A stretch of DNA of 64,000 nt from Lama glama (taxonomy: Eukaryota), in the NCBI GenBank assembly GCA_028534125.1, contig CM052816.1, positions 97,714,001-97,778,000 of the forward strand, read 5' to 3'. Shown piece by piece: positions 37,851 to 51,030 of the stretch. Position 1 is the first letter of the stretch. Every line of letters begins with the position of its first letter. Under the pieces are notes generated by a model. The model saw only the letters and a program-made list of their open reading frames with translations. It had not been told where the DNA came from and ran no database searches. A program made the position numbers and the translations under genes.

Positions 37851-40800
37851 AACCAGTGCCTTTTGTTTGAAATGATAGGGAACAGGGATTTGGTTTTTTT
37901 CCTAATGTTCTACCCCCAAAATTTAGAATTTCTATCTCAGGCACACCACAAAATATACCACATATTTGATCTTACTCATGTCTTTCACTTTCTAACATAA
38001 AATCTCTAAAAATAAACAACCTCCCTAAGCTTTGGGAAGTGCCTATGGTTCTAAGAGTAGCAGATGTGAGGATAGAAAAAGGTGTTTCCGGAAGAGAGGC
38101 GATCCAGTATGACACACTTCATCTGAGTCAGAGATTTTACACAATTAACAAGCTGATCAATTGCAAAATGGTTCCAAGAAGAAGCAGGGTGCAGAGAGAC
38201 CACAGCAAAGGGGTCTATCGCAAAGACTTTGCGGATAATGTGTGCTTGCTGCTGAGACGAAAAGGAGTGTTATGACCACGGTAACTTTGCAGGAAAATCT
38301 GAGTATGTGAGATGCTGCTTGTCCAACGTGCTCCAAAATCTCAGAGATTGCCCAGAATGATTGATAGTGCTGTCTGAGACGAGCAAATGTGGGAAATTCA
38401 CTCTGGGTTTTATGCAGCTGAGCTACCAGAGAGCGCTGGGCCCATCCCTCAACTCAAACGCCCTGTCGTTCCCAACATCCATCAAGTTAATAATCTAGTT
38501 CTCCAGAGAGAAGATGACTCTGGGTTCACAGATGACTTCATAGTTTAAAGATCCTAGGAGCTCAGTGAAACACTTTCTAATCTGAGTCACAAAGTCCCTG
38601 GGCCAAAACAGTTGCAAAAATCATACATGGCAAAAGGCTGCGTCAAAACAACCAACTAAAAACGTCATGTGGCAGGGTCAAGGAGGCTCACCTTCACCCG
38701 AGAACACGCTCTTCTTTCTTTCACTGTCATCCGAAAGGAATGTGAATGTGATTCAGAGCTGAAGCCGTGTGCAAAGCACAGCATGGCCCAGTCGTACGAG
38801 TCCACTAAATCGCGCTGCGCAGGGACGGGTCTGCTGCAGCGTTTTACTCATTCCCAAGCAAGCCCGCCATGCCTAACGGCGGTGACTTGACAATACAGAC
38901 GCCCATCCATCACTTCTGGGGAAGCAAGGACATTTTTATTGCTGTGGAAGGAAGCAGATCTTTGTCATGTTGCCTCTTAGGCATCTTTAAGTAGCTTCAC
39001 TTGTGCAAATGCCTGGTGAGGAAGAATTCATTCTCCTGGAGAAAGATTACAGACATCCAACTCTTTGTATTCTCAGTTTAGCATAAATTACCTCACCCGG
39101 TGGTAGGCAGAGCTATTCATTCTGCAATCAGTGAATTAATTTGCATTAAAAAACTTCTAAGGCTTGTTGGTTAGGAGGGTTCTGACACCCAAGTTCTGCT
39201 CCCCCGAATTTGACATTAACAAGCAGAGTAAAGCAGACAAGCTCAAAACAGGAAAAACAGCGAGTCCCTGGGCTGAAACTGAGCAAGCGCGAGGCCCGAG
39301 CCTGAGTGTTCCAGGCGGACTGCTGCTGAAGTCAGCCTCAGACTGACTTCCGGCCGCATCTCAGCATGGCTGTGGTATCTCCAAATGGGGACCACCGCAG
39401 ACAAGGACTCTGCGTCTCAAGCAGGCTTTGTGGCCACGTTTTATGCGAGTTCGTGCATTTCTCCTGGAGAGAAGGTGCCGAGGTTTCACGAGATTTCCAA
39501 ACGTCTCATGCTCCAAAAGCAGTTTCAGAGCTTCAGAGGGAACGCGGATGAAGTCAAGTGTCTAAAACTCTAAGCAGATGAGCCACACTCACCAAAGGCG
39601 GTGAGCGGGGTCCTGCTGGGAGGAGGAGGCCACGCTCTGAGGGGTGAGCACGGACACAGTGTGGACGGAAGGGAGGCCCAGAGCCACGAGAGGGCCCTCC
39701 CCGGCAGCGTGGGAGCCAGAGGACGCGATCCAGACCTGCTGGGCCCGCCCTACGGCCGCGCGCAGTGTTTCTCCGCGCTCCCGTCGTTCCGAAGGCTTAG
39801 CGTGGATGCACTAGCACAGCTGGAGAGCTTGCCTCTCTCCTCCGCCCGCAGCCTCAGCTTACAGCCAAGTTCCAGTCAACACTGGTGCCTGGCTCCGTGA
39901 ATGGTGTATTTTCTTCCTTTTTATATAAACCTTTCTGTAAAGCCATGTATTTCAAGTATGTTTCTGTTTTGGGACAACCGTGATTGAAAAACACTTTTTC
40001 CTGAGCCTCTTAAATTGCTCCCTCTCGCTTATCATTTAAAGAAAAGAAAGAAAAGGAGAAAAGAAAGGCAGAGTCTAACAAAATTTAAAATTCATTGGAA
40101 AAGATGGTGAAAACCCTCCCATGGTAAGTTTCTCCTAGAGACCAAGGCAGAGGCGCTAAGACATGCAATGCGGTGACCAGGTCTGGGCTCCCGGGCCCCC
40201 AGGTGCCTCTCCGAGCAGCAGGCTTCCCCCCGGCGTGCAGGGGACAGGGAGACTGAAGTGCCCACAGGCGTCCCCAGCAACGTTGCCTGTTTCGTTGGTG
40301 TATTTGGCAAATTGAAGAAGGAAAGGCGGCCTAGACCTGACAGAAACAGACTCACTTAACTGAGCCCTGGAAACCCAAAGCTGCGTGTCCAGGGACACCG
40401 TCCAGAAGAATCACTTAGAGCACTATGAGGTGTCACCTCCTGCCATGTTGTGCCTCTGTGGCCCGAGGGTCTCTGTGACCAGGGAGGAACAGGTGGGAGG
40501 CAGGTGCACCGCACTGCGATCAGATGCCGCGTTACTGTGCCCTCGGGGAAGCCGGACGAGCACTCCGAGCTCCAGGCTCGGCAGACAGAGCCCTGACGCA
40601 GCGCCTCCCATGGGGGCCTGCAAGGCGGACTCCCCGGGGTGTGGCTATGTGGGGAAAGCCTGCTGTCTTCGGGGTCATCCTCTCCGTCTCTGCAGCCTTG
40701 CCCAGGCCCTACCAGGTGCTCTACACTGGTGATGCTGAGGTCTTCTCAAGAGAAACCACTTGAAACCAGAGTGCAGCCTTCCAGTACACTGTTAAACACA

Positions 40801-42799
40801 CATCCCCTCACTTAACCTCACAAGTGGACCAATGGCATCTTCCGAAGATGCCCATGGGCGCCAGGGCTCTTTGATGCCCACCGTGTCAGAACTGAGGAAG
40901 AGTCACACACCATTTGGTTCACAGATATTCAGTGTGACTCACAGGTGTCCAAAACTGCCTCAGTTTTTCTACCTTTCAGAGCCAAAGAGGTGCGAATATA
41001 GTAAGGCCTCGACCGTATGAAAACCCAGATCACAGTGAGAGCTAGTCTAGGGCTTGTCCTGCATGGGGTGGAATGCGCATGCTTCAGACCCAGTGGGAGG
41101 ACCTGCAATTCAGTTCAATTCAGTGTTTAAGAATACACGGCACGTTTCAGGCCCTGTGTCACCCACTGGAGATACAACCACAAACTCTGTGACCCTCCCC
41201 GAGGGGGCAGAGAGACACACTGAAATGCCTGTAACACAGCGTGACTGTGTCAGTTTCTGCAGGAGAGAACCTGGCGTGACGTGGACGTGGGAACTTGGAG
41301 CGGAGGGAACGTCCTTGTTTGTGAGGAGGACAGACCTAGCTTTGGGGGACCAGCTCCTTTGCAGACAAGGGAACCTTGTGGGGAGTAGGGTGATGTGGAC
41401 CATTTGGAAATGGTCTGGAAGAAATAAAGATTCCCCGAATGAGACAGGATAAAACTCTGACGTGAAGATCCCTTTGCGAATCTACCATCTGCTCCCTTAC
41501 CCAGTGCGCTTCCATCAGAGACAGAGAAGTGGTGACCAGCTTGAGATGCAGACGATGGACTTCAGGAGGCGCTCGCCTGCTGTTCGCTGGCTGTGGCTTT
41601 GGAGAAGCTGCCACCCAGCTCCCACTTTCCTGACCTCAAAACAGGCCACTGACAGGGCCCCCTCCTGGGGGTCATGCTTGTGGAGGCTCAGGACGGGGGG
41701 TCCTCACAGACCATCGCGACCGCAGCTGAGGCACCAAGGTGGAGGGTGCTTGTTACCCGCTGTCCTTACACGCCTCCTACCTTCGTAGGCCGGTTAGTCT
41801 GGGGAACCGGTGAGGCCTGAGGCCGCGTCCTCCAGATAATCCCCAAGCTACAGAAAGTGTGAGGTTATAAAACAGCCCCGGGGAACTCGTTTGGACGCAG
41901 AAACACGAGGTTTAAGGGGAGGCTGGTCCCACCGAGTCGCAGCTCCTCCACCCCACCCTTAACTGCATCAAGTGAACTTGACGAAGCTGAGTATCCAGGG
42001 TGTCCAGCAGCCATCGAAGCCTTGTTTTCACTTTTTCATGACTCTAAATAGGCCGAAGAAGGATAATGACTTGAAAATGACTTAGACTTCAAATTATTCA
42101 GTGTTCATTTCAAATTCCGTAGGCCTGAGAGGAAAGTACGCTTTTAATACATTTGTTTACTGATAAAGTAAAAGGCAGATGGTCTCCTGCAATCTCTGTT
42201 AGAAACTTCTCGGGCTCCGGAGGTTGGATGGGTTATAATTTAACCACATTTGGGTGAAAAGCAAACAAAGGGCCTTAAAGAGCGACGTCCCTGCCTCACC
42301 TCCTCCGGCCCCACGAAGGCGACGTGCAGAGCCAGGAAGGCGCCCCCCCCAAACCCCACGGGCTCCTGAAGGGACGGGGGGCCTTTACAGGGTGCAGCTG
42401 GGGTGATGTTCACGGCCACTCGGCTCCTCCGTTCCCAGCGGCCAAACCTACAAGGAAAAGCTGTGTTTCGTTTATTTGCTGGGTGATCATGGGGGAGAGC
42501 GGGCACGGGAGACAGAAGAAAGGTTATTGGAAAGCTGGCTTGGTTTTCTGAAAAGTTAACAGAGGAATCCACTAGTTTACACGAGGGCTCAGAGCCCCGC
42601 TGAAAGGACTCGGGTCTGGGGGCCTGGCTCAGGCCGCCCTGTCCTGTCCATCTCTGGCCTCTGTTGCTCTCATGTCTCGGGACAAAGGCCTCCTCTTCTG
42701 CTCTTGGGTGGTAACTGTCCACTGAAAACACTCAGAGGAGGCCCCGTGCACCGAATCACGGAGAGCTCCTCCCAGTGCAAGTTCTGGCCACAGCTGGAG

Positions 42800-43165
42800 C
42801 GGTAACAATGTTTCAGAAATAGACAGTGGTGATGGCTGCACAACATCGTGACCAGAACGTCTGCTACTGCAACACACAATTAAAAATGGTCACAGTGGCA
42901 ACTGTGTGTATATAACACACACAACCACAGTAACATTACATATACAATATATATTATATAAGGCAAAGTATATACATTAATATAAAATCATGTAAACAAT
43001 AAAATTATACATAATATATATTGTATAAGACAAATTATATGTACACATAGTATAAAATTAAACAACAAAATTATATACAATAGATAAATTTTATGTATCT
43101 ATATAGTATAAATTATATATAATATGATTTTGTATATATATATATAACCAAAATAAAAAAGTTTT
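42800..43165 (+). mobile_element. Short L1M 3' end with expanded AT-rich tail
   Basis: aatgtttcagaaatagacagtggtgatggctgcacaacatcgtga...ttaaaaatggt, then a low-complexity TA-rich stretch ending in accaaaataaaaaa. Confidence 0.75.
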
Positions 43166-44949
43166 CTAAGATAACCCATAGCAATACAACGGACTATTGA
43201 CCAAATTGAGAAAGCTTGCAAGAATTAAAACATTAAAACGGGAAATGAGTTGCCCCCTTCTGAGAAAGGTGGGCATCGTTTTAGAGAATAATGTGCAAAC
43301 ATTCTGTTTGCACATCAAAAAGAGAATAAATGAGACATTAAATAAACAGCAATTAAAGAAAGATAGTTTTCTAACCAGATTTTGCTCCCTTGAGAACCAT
43401 GAGTTGTCAGCATTCCTTGAGATGACAAATCTTTTTTCGCCTTAACTAGCATCTCTGCAGAAAAACTGCCCCAAACAGATGGCTATAAAGCCAGCTGCAT
43501 ATAGCACTTTTTTTGTAAAAGCAAATTAAAGGAGGAAAATCAACAGCCGCAAGACTTGAGCCTATTAAACTGCATTCGATTTTATTTCCAGCGCAATTGA
43601 TAACTCACTCTCTAACCCCAAAATAACCACACGACCCTCGGTGTCGGACAGAAACGTCACTGGTAAACAGGCCCGCTGGCACCTTGCGCTTGCTGCATTC
43701 CGTGATCACTCCTGAGCTCTAAGAGCAGTCGTGCCAACGCTCAGTATTTTATTTCCTGACTTTTTTTACCTTGATTCTCTTGAAATGGACCTGGGACATG
43801 TCTTCCTAAATACGCATATATAACCATCCTCTCCAACTGTTCATCCGCATGCAGAGATAATTTCCCTCCACAACAGTTTACCCAGTTCGGTTACAGTAAG
43901 TCAGATCATGCTTACTTCAAGCCATCGCAAAACCCAAATGCAATAACGGATTTCTAGCCAGAAGGTTACAAAGCAGAGATGTGTTTTTAATGAGTCCCGT
44001 GTGTACACATTCCCAGGCCTGGTTTAACTGTAGCTTCGGTGGCTTCTGTTCACAGGGGCTGACCATGGACCAGGCCCGGGTCTACGGGGTTCCTGTGAGT
44101 CACTCACTAGATCTGCCCGTGGGTCTGCTGGGTCGGTGATGTTATCGTCCCCACTTCACCCACAGCAACAATGCGGCACAGTTACGGCATTTGCTCAAGG
44201 CCACCGGGCCGTTCCTTGGGAAGTGGGACGGGAGGGAGATTCCTGACCTTGAAGAGCGGTGCACCTCCGCCCTGCGCTGCCTGGCCGCACGGATGTTACA
44301 GCAGCAGACCCTGCCTGCCCACAGGCTCTCGAACCTTCCGCAGGGCACTCCGGGTCCTTCAAATCCATCAGGGCTTTGTCTCCTAAAGGTGTTTATCTTT
44401 TAATATTACATTATGTATTATAATACGATGTCATGTTACAATACATGTTGTATATAATGCATTACACATTATATGTTGTATGATATTGCTGCTTGTTTTG
44501 TTATATTATATATGAACTATTTTCAGTTGTGTTTCATCAGAGAGTTCTCATATACTTACTATTTCAAAAGTGCCTGCTGAGATTTTTTTTTTTCGTTGGT
44601 TTATTCTGTTTTGCTTCTGTCAAAAATGTTGGATTGTTCACCCCAGAGCTCTTCCAAAGTGTGAATATGTGACTCAGCTTTGTTCTAGATCATTCTCTGT
44701 ATGGGAGGGGAAAGCACTCACCTGTCCTTGGTGTGCATAACATGAACATAGAGTCATCTGCCTTCTTTGGGCGACTTCCCTGGAGAACCCACTTTGCCCG
44801 CGGGCACCTGCAGAGCTGCCCACCCAGGATCTCCAGTGAACTGACCCTCCACTGGGGGGAGATGTATCTGTCAATTTACGCAACAATGAAAACACCCTTA
44901 ACTTATGCTTCTGACATCCAAGCCCTTGGGTGCCCTTCAGTTAACATCT

Positions 44950-45110
44950 GGGGGAGGGTGCAGCTCAGTGGCAGAGTGTGTGCTTAGCATGCACGAGGTC
45001 CTGGGTTCAATCCCCAGCACCTCCATTAAAAAATAAATAAATACATAAATAAACTTAGTTTCCTACCCCCTTCAAGATAAAGTTAAAATTTAAAAATAAA
45101 TTTTAAAAAA
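44950..45110 (+). mobile_element. Camelid tRNA-derived SINE (Vic-1 type)
   Basis: gggggagggtgcagctcagtggcagagtgtgtgcttagcatgcacgaggtcctgggttcaatccccagcacctcc with a (TAAA)n tail. Perfect 9-bp TSD ttaacatct (44941-44949, 45111-45119). Confidence 0.95.
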
Positions 45111-45209
45111 TTAACATCTCAGAACTTCTCCCCTCTGAGCTACTAAATTAGCCCCCTTCCAGCTGCTGAGAAAGTCCCTTGTGTCTGTCAGGGGCTGATG
45201 TGAGGGAGA

Positions 45210-45800
45210 CGGAGGGGTGCGCTGGCCCAGCCCCCGCTCCTCCCGCCGGCTTCGCGCTGACGGGGAAGCATCCCAGCCGGCGACGTTAGCTCATCTCCTG
45301 AGAGGCTCGCAGACGCCGGCTCAGGAGCACACTCTCTCTCGGCTTTCATTCACTAAAACGCAAGCCGCGCCCCTCCTGGGCCGGCCCCCCCCGCCCCCCG
45401 CGCCCTGACTCCCTGAAACTCAGGACAGGCGGCCAGGCGAGCTCCCAGGGCGCCTGCGGGAGGAGCGCGCCGGGCGCTGCCGTCCTGCCCCCGCCGGGCG
45501 CAGGCGCGCTGTCCCCTGCTCGGTCCCCAGGCTGGCTGTGTCCCCCACCCGAAGCCGGGAGCCTGGGGTTCAGGCTCGGGTCCTCGAGTCGGAAGGCCGG
45601 TCACAGGCCCTCCTCTTTGCGTGGCTCTGGGCTGCGGTGCCCACCTGGCCTGGGTGGAGGGCACCCACCACCGCGCCGGGCAGCTCCGGGGAACTCTGAT
45701 TAGTAGTCGGGGCTGAAGCATCCAGGAGGAAAAGGGTCCCTTTGCCAAGCCCTGCGCGAGGTGCTCACCCTTCCCTGGGATGCTCGCGGAGAGGTGTGGA
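45210..45800. promoter_or_regulatory. CpG island, candidate promoter or enhancer
   Basis: About 600 bp of very GC-rich, CpG-dense non-repeat sequence with GC-box-like ccccgccc runs. No associated coding exon recognised. Confidence 0.75.
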
Positions 45801-46626
45801 CTGTCCAGGCCAGACCTGGAACCCTGCGTCCGTCTGTGTCTGTGCCAGTCGGAACTTGACCTGACAAATAGAAATCTATGAAGCAGTGCCTTCCCTGGCT
45901 TTGCTTTTGCTGCTGAGAAACTCTGGGTCAAATCTAAGGTTCAAAGCAGAAACTCTATGACCTGGTGCTTGTAATAGCCTTACCTTCGGCTTCCTGCTGT
46001 GTGATCTTGAACTTTGTGTTCAGCTTCATTTATCTTTTCTTATCAACAGTCTCAAATCTTTTGGAAATAAAGACCCAGGGAAGAAATTTAAGTAAATATT
46101 GTCACTTACTTTTCCAAGGTTTATAAGTAAATTATTTTTGTACCCTGTGCCTTCAGATCATTTCTGCCGCGGGGCGGGCACAGATGAGTTAATGAGCTGA
46201 ACACCTGTAGCACATCAGAACTGAAAGGCTCCGTTCCCCTTCCCTGGGAGCGGAACGCAGAAGCGTCCTTTGATTCTGGGAAAGGACTGCATTCTCGTGC
46301 AGGTGAACAGCGGCGGACAAGGCTTCTTGTGGTTTATTTCGTTGGATTTGACTCTTCAGAGCCCGTTATTCATTCATTTGTCTATTCATTCATTTAACAA
46401 TCTTGTAGAGTCTAAACATGAAAAGGTAAGTACACTGCTAGAAATTGGAACGGAGTCTTCAGGAAGCCTAAAGAACTGGTTTAGAAATGGATTTTGACTC
46501 TAGAACAGAAGCTGGCCAAGAAGGACACAGGAGATAGGAGGTGGCGTTATACAGAAGGGAAATGGGACACGGAAGTGCAGGAAGTTTGTGGGCTGAGATC
46601 AGAGGACCAGGGACACAGTGTGGGAC

Positions 46627-46787
46627 CAGGGCTGGCTTCCCGGACATACGTCTGAGCCTGGCACTTAGAAGGACCCTGTACTTGGTTTAATGCTCTGCCA
46701 TTATCATCTTGACATTCCTCATTTTTTCACACATGGCCCTGCATCTTAATTTTGCATCAGGCCTTGCAAATTCTATAGTTGGTCCTG
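46627..46787 (+). mobile_element. MER91A-like hAT-Tip100 MITE
   Basis: cagggctggcttc...cttggtttaatgctctgc...tcttgacattc...attttgca...caaattctatagttggtcctg; CAGG/CCTG termini. Confidence 0.75.
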
Positions 46788-47314
46788 AAGAGAGGTAAGT
46801 CAGGAGAAGCTGGAAGATGCTGAGAGCTGGTGAGAGTCAGATCGTGGAAGGTTGTCCTTGGTAATGAAGTCAGGGAGGGCTTTTGATCCTGCCAGCTTCC
46901 ACAGCCATCCCAACCAGCTTCCCATTCCCTGGGATGAATCATATCAGGGCTCAAGTCGGCAAGGAAGTGTCACTAAACACGGTTCGGCAGCAGTTTTATC
47001 TTTGGCCTGGCAGACTCTATTGTTATTCATCAAATATTCATCCCCTCGCCCCTCTCCTAGACGTTGGGTCTGGACACACGAGCTGCTTTGATTGATGGGA
47101 CGTAAACAGCAAGTGGCTGCTTCAGACGCCACCTCATCCTTGCTTGGCACAGCTCTGCCGTCCCGTCTCCCGCTGTGGGAGAAACATGGGTCCAGGACGG
47201 GAAAGCACACAGAGGGGAACTGAGCCTGGTCGTCTGGAGCCCAGGGGCAAGTACCTCCTCATCTGCTGGCCTTACTGAACCTCAGACTTCCTGTTAATGC
47301 CCTGTATCTCAAAA

Positions 47315-47656
47315 CAGGGCCACATGCAAGGCCCACAGAGCAACCGAGGGGAGCCCAGGAGCAGACAGCAACCCCTGGCCGACATCGAGCAAGGAGTCAG
47401 GACTTCAGTCTTACAGCTGCAAGGAGCTGAATTCAGCCAACAACCGAGGGAGCCTGGAAACATCGTCTTCCCCCGAGGCCCCAGATAAGAGTCTCACTGG
47501 GCCAATTCCGTGATTTCAGCCCATAAGACTCTGAGCAGAGAACCCAGCCAAGCCTGCCCAGACTTCTGACCTGAGGAACTGTGAGAAATAATGGGGTTTT
47601 TGTTTGAAGCCCCTAAGTCTGTGGTAACTTATCACACAGCATAGACAGTTAATACA
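47315..47656 (+). mobile_element. MLT1 (MaLR) LTR, 3' part
   Basis: gcaaggagctgaattcagccaacaacc...gacttctgacct...aactgtgaga...ctaagtctgtggtaactt...taataca. Confidence 0.88.
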
Positions 47657-49377
47657 ATCTACATAAAGGTTACATATATGCACACTCATATACTATATGC
47701 AGGCTGCCTTTCAATGCACATACAATTTAAATCTGGTACATTTCCTCAGATCCAGATAAAGCATATCACCTTGTCTACATTTTCAGGACAAAAGGAAGAA
47801 TTTTCATTCCAGTGTTTAATGGAATTCAAAACTACAAAAACCATCACCAAAGCTCTGAGCAGAGGTCAGCCCCTCACGGTTTCTGCATCTCCTTAAAGAC
47901 GTTAAAGCCGCAGGGACAACAGCCCAGGATGCGTTTGTCTGGGGTTCCTCGCTGAGGCGTGAACTGCTCACCTCCTTAGCACTAAGGCTCCTGTGCCAGC
48001 TGGCAACATGCCGACAGCTCCCTTCTCCCGTCTGATCCCAGTGAGCGTTGAGATTCCAGCATAAAGTCCCCAACTGTCCTGCCGGAAGCAGCTGTCAGCA
48101 GCAACCAGGAGAGACCCCCTGGGGACACTGAGAAAGTGGTATGTGTGGTACATGACAGATTCCTTCAGTGGAATAATCCTGTCTCTTTCAGCATCAAGAA
48201 TAATACCTTCCTGAAAACTAAGTCCATTTAGACAAATAGTTGTTTCCAATCTTTATTAGAAAGTTACGGTGTGGATATAAAATTTTAAAAGCAGAATTTA
48301 AAATTTAATGCACTTGTATTGCATACATGTGGTGTGGTTGTTCTGAGCCAGAAGCTGGGACGAGGGTGGAGTCAGAGGGATGTGGCCCGGTCTGTCCCCC
48401 TTCAAACCAAATGTGGCCTCAAACCCCTCCCTTCTCTGCAAACATTCTCTTCAGAAAGGTCTCAAACCCCTGGATCAGGCAACGTCCGTGATGAACCTGA
48501 CTCGGGAATTCAGGTCCGAGGCACCACGGCCGCCGAACTGTCAGAACACACGTCCCGGGCCGCTCATTTGCTCCCTGTCATACAGGACGTTTCCATTCCA
48601 CCACGTGTGGCCCTCGGTTGTCTGCCAACGAGCTGTCACTCTCCCTGGCCCTGGGAGGGCGGGTAGTGAAGGGGTGGGATCGTCTGAGACACTCAGGAGA
48701 GAGGCTTTCCTTTCGAGCTTCCTCATTTGCGTCATGATCAACGCCCTGGCTGTTGTTCTACTTTTCCTCCACACTAATCGCCATTTCTCAACCTTAATGG
48801 ACCCAGGACCACACTGAGTAACCGACCGCTCAGTGGCTCTCTGCGTGGCTCACCTGGGCCAGAGACCGGAGCCCTCCTCTGTCTGCAAACTCGGCCGCCC
48901 CTCCCCGCAGGGGCTGCATCCTGGCCGGGACCGCCGCCTCTCCCTGTACCACCAAGCCTCTCGGGCCCAAAAGATTAGACCCCTCCCCAAACCCCCAGCT
49001 TTCAGCTACATACTCTCACTTACAGGAGCCTGAAAAGGCCTGCTGGGCTCGAGAACGGGTGAGGAATTGGTCTCAGATGTTCTGGAGCGAAGCCCGGATG
49101 GGACTGGTCGTGTTGGGAGAAGCGCGCTGTTATGTTCTCCACTCCACATTACTAGTCTCGCTTTCTTCTCCGTCTTTATCTTTTTGGAGGAAGGCGGGGT
49201 GATCTGAATAGAGGAGAAAAACCCAAAAGCAAAGAAGAGAGACGAGAAAAAGCATGGCTCCGTAACAGTCACCCACCTCTGAAAGCACAGTGCTCAGTCC
49301 TGCTGTTCTCCGTGTGAACACGTGTGAACACACGGAAACACGTGGTCTCTCCTTGTGGCTTGTCACTTGGGGCCAGC

Positions 49378-49393
49378 CCTCCAGGTGGCGCAC
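49378..49393 (+). promoter_or_regulatory. Candidate CTCF site
   Basis: cctccaggtggcgcac, one mismatch from the CCASYAGRKGGCRS core. Confidence 0.5.
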
Positions 49394-49614
49394 TATGGTG
49401 ATGAGGATGATTTCAGACGTTCAAAGTCTGAATAAAGAAAAAGAAAATCTTTTCACCCAAAAGTATTCCATTCTGGAACAACCAAATCCATTCTTTGTCA
49501 ATAATTCAAAAAATGCAAACCAATCTCAAAATTTCATACAGGCCTTACCAAACATTTCTGTCGGGCAGGAACTCTGCTAAGCAAAGACACCACAAGAGAG
49601 ACAATGAGATCATG

Positions 49615-49960
49615 CCCCCATAGCCCAAAGCCCCCCGTCTCACTTGAAGTCCTCTTACCAGCCCTGAGGCCCTGTGCGATCTAACCCCATCACCTCCAGA
49701 TCTCATCTCCCACCACCTACACTCTTGAACTCTCTATTCCAACCACATGGCCTCCTTCCTGGTCTCTGAATGTCAATGAAGTGCTGACCTCAGGGCCTTT
49801 GCACAGCTATACATTTGGGCTGGAACACTCTTCCCAGCCACAGCTCACTCCTTCCCATCCTTCAGTTCCCCATTCAAGCATCACTTTCTCTACAGCCTTT
49901 CCAAGGACACATTATCCTCAGTTGCACCCTCATCCTAGTGCCCTTGATTTCTCTTGCCTT
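49615..49960 (+). mobile_element. L2 fragment
   Basis: ccacatggcctccttcctggtctctgaa...ctgacctcagggcctttgcacagct. Confidence 0.8.
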
Positions 49961-50536
49961 GTTCAGAACAAACAAGAAAAGGGGGGAGAAGTCATGTGGG
50001 GTCCAGACGTGGGTCTGATGATATTGCAGTTCAACACCAATCACTAGCCCATCTGCTCTTGCTGAGGGTCCATCCCAGCCCTGTGGGTCCTGGGTGGCCC
50101 CAACCTCTCTTGTCCTCCAGATCCGTCCCTGTCAGCACAAGAAACAGCGATGTCTTTGTGTGTTTGCAGAAGAAAGGTGTCACAGGAGCAAGAATGTTTC
50201 TTTCTCCACACTGTGCCCCAAGTGCTCCGCCAGCTCCCACCCCATGGGAGCTTCGTGTGCTAGGTGAACAGGTGGCCGTCTGGACTGAGGGCTTGGCAGG
50301 GCCCTGGACAATGAGGGTTGAGTGCAGAGTTGAAGACATGCAGGGCAGTTGCTACACCACAAGCAGCAAGTGTGCAAGATCTGAGGCAAGAAAGGCAGTT
50401 CTGACCCAAGGCTGGTGATACAGGATGAGTCCAAAGCACATGTTTATGAACTATGGACATCGAATCCACAGGAGCATTTGGAAGCCACATACAGTTTTAA
50501 TCAGACAGGTGGTCTGACAATAAAGAAGAAACACTT

Positions 50537-51030
50537 TGTGGCAGAGATGGTTGTTCTCCCCCTAATGTCTCTTTCTTCCTTGTCACTTGGTAACAGGATC
50601 CTGACTCTATGTAAGGAAGCAGTGTGCCCAGCTAAAAGACATTTCTTACCTGCCCTTGCAACAAGGTGTGGCCATGTGACTAAACTGCAGTCATCAAAGC
50701 ATGTGAAATTGTGTGGAAGACTCTAGGAAGTCTTCTTAAAAGGGGTTTACACAAGTAGGAAGGGCACCATTTTTTTCCCTTCTCTCTACCTCCATTCCTG
50801 CTGCATAGGATGCAGACATGATGACTGGAGCTCCAGCAGTTTCTTGAATCATGAGTTGCTTGCAGTGATAGAAGCCACGTGCTGAAAGTGGCCAATCAGG
50901 AGAGGACTGGACCTGATGACACACAGGCACTGTCACACCAGCCTGGACTGACCCACACCCAGCTTCTCCCGAGAAGACAAACCCTTTTGGTTTAAAGCAC
51001 TATTATTTGAGGGTTCCTGTTAAGTGCTGT
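50537..51030 (+). mobile_element. MLT1H/I/J-like MaLR LTR
   Basis: tgtggcagag start; cccagctaaaagac; cttgcaacaaggtgtggccatgtgactaa; atgactggagctccagcag; tttggtttaaagcactatt. Confidence 0.8.

Noticed and set aside
44950..45025. tRNA-like sequence (also 20125-20200)
   Set aside because: It is a SINE head with an A-rich tail and TSD, not a tRNA gene.
45353..45931. 192-aa minus-strand ORF over the CpG island
   Set aside because: Stop-codon scarcity in GC-rich DNA, low-complexity P/G/A/R content, non-ATG start and no recognisable domain.
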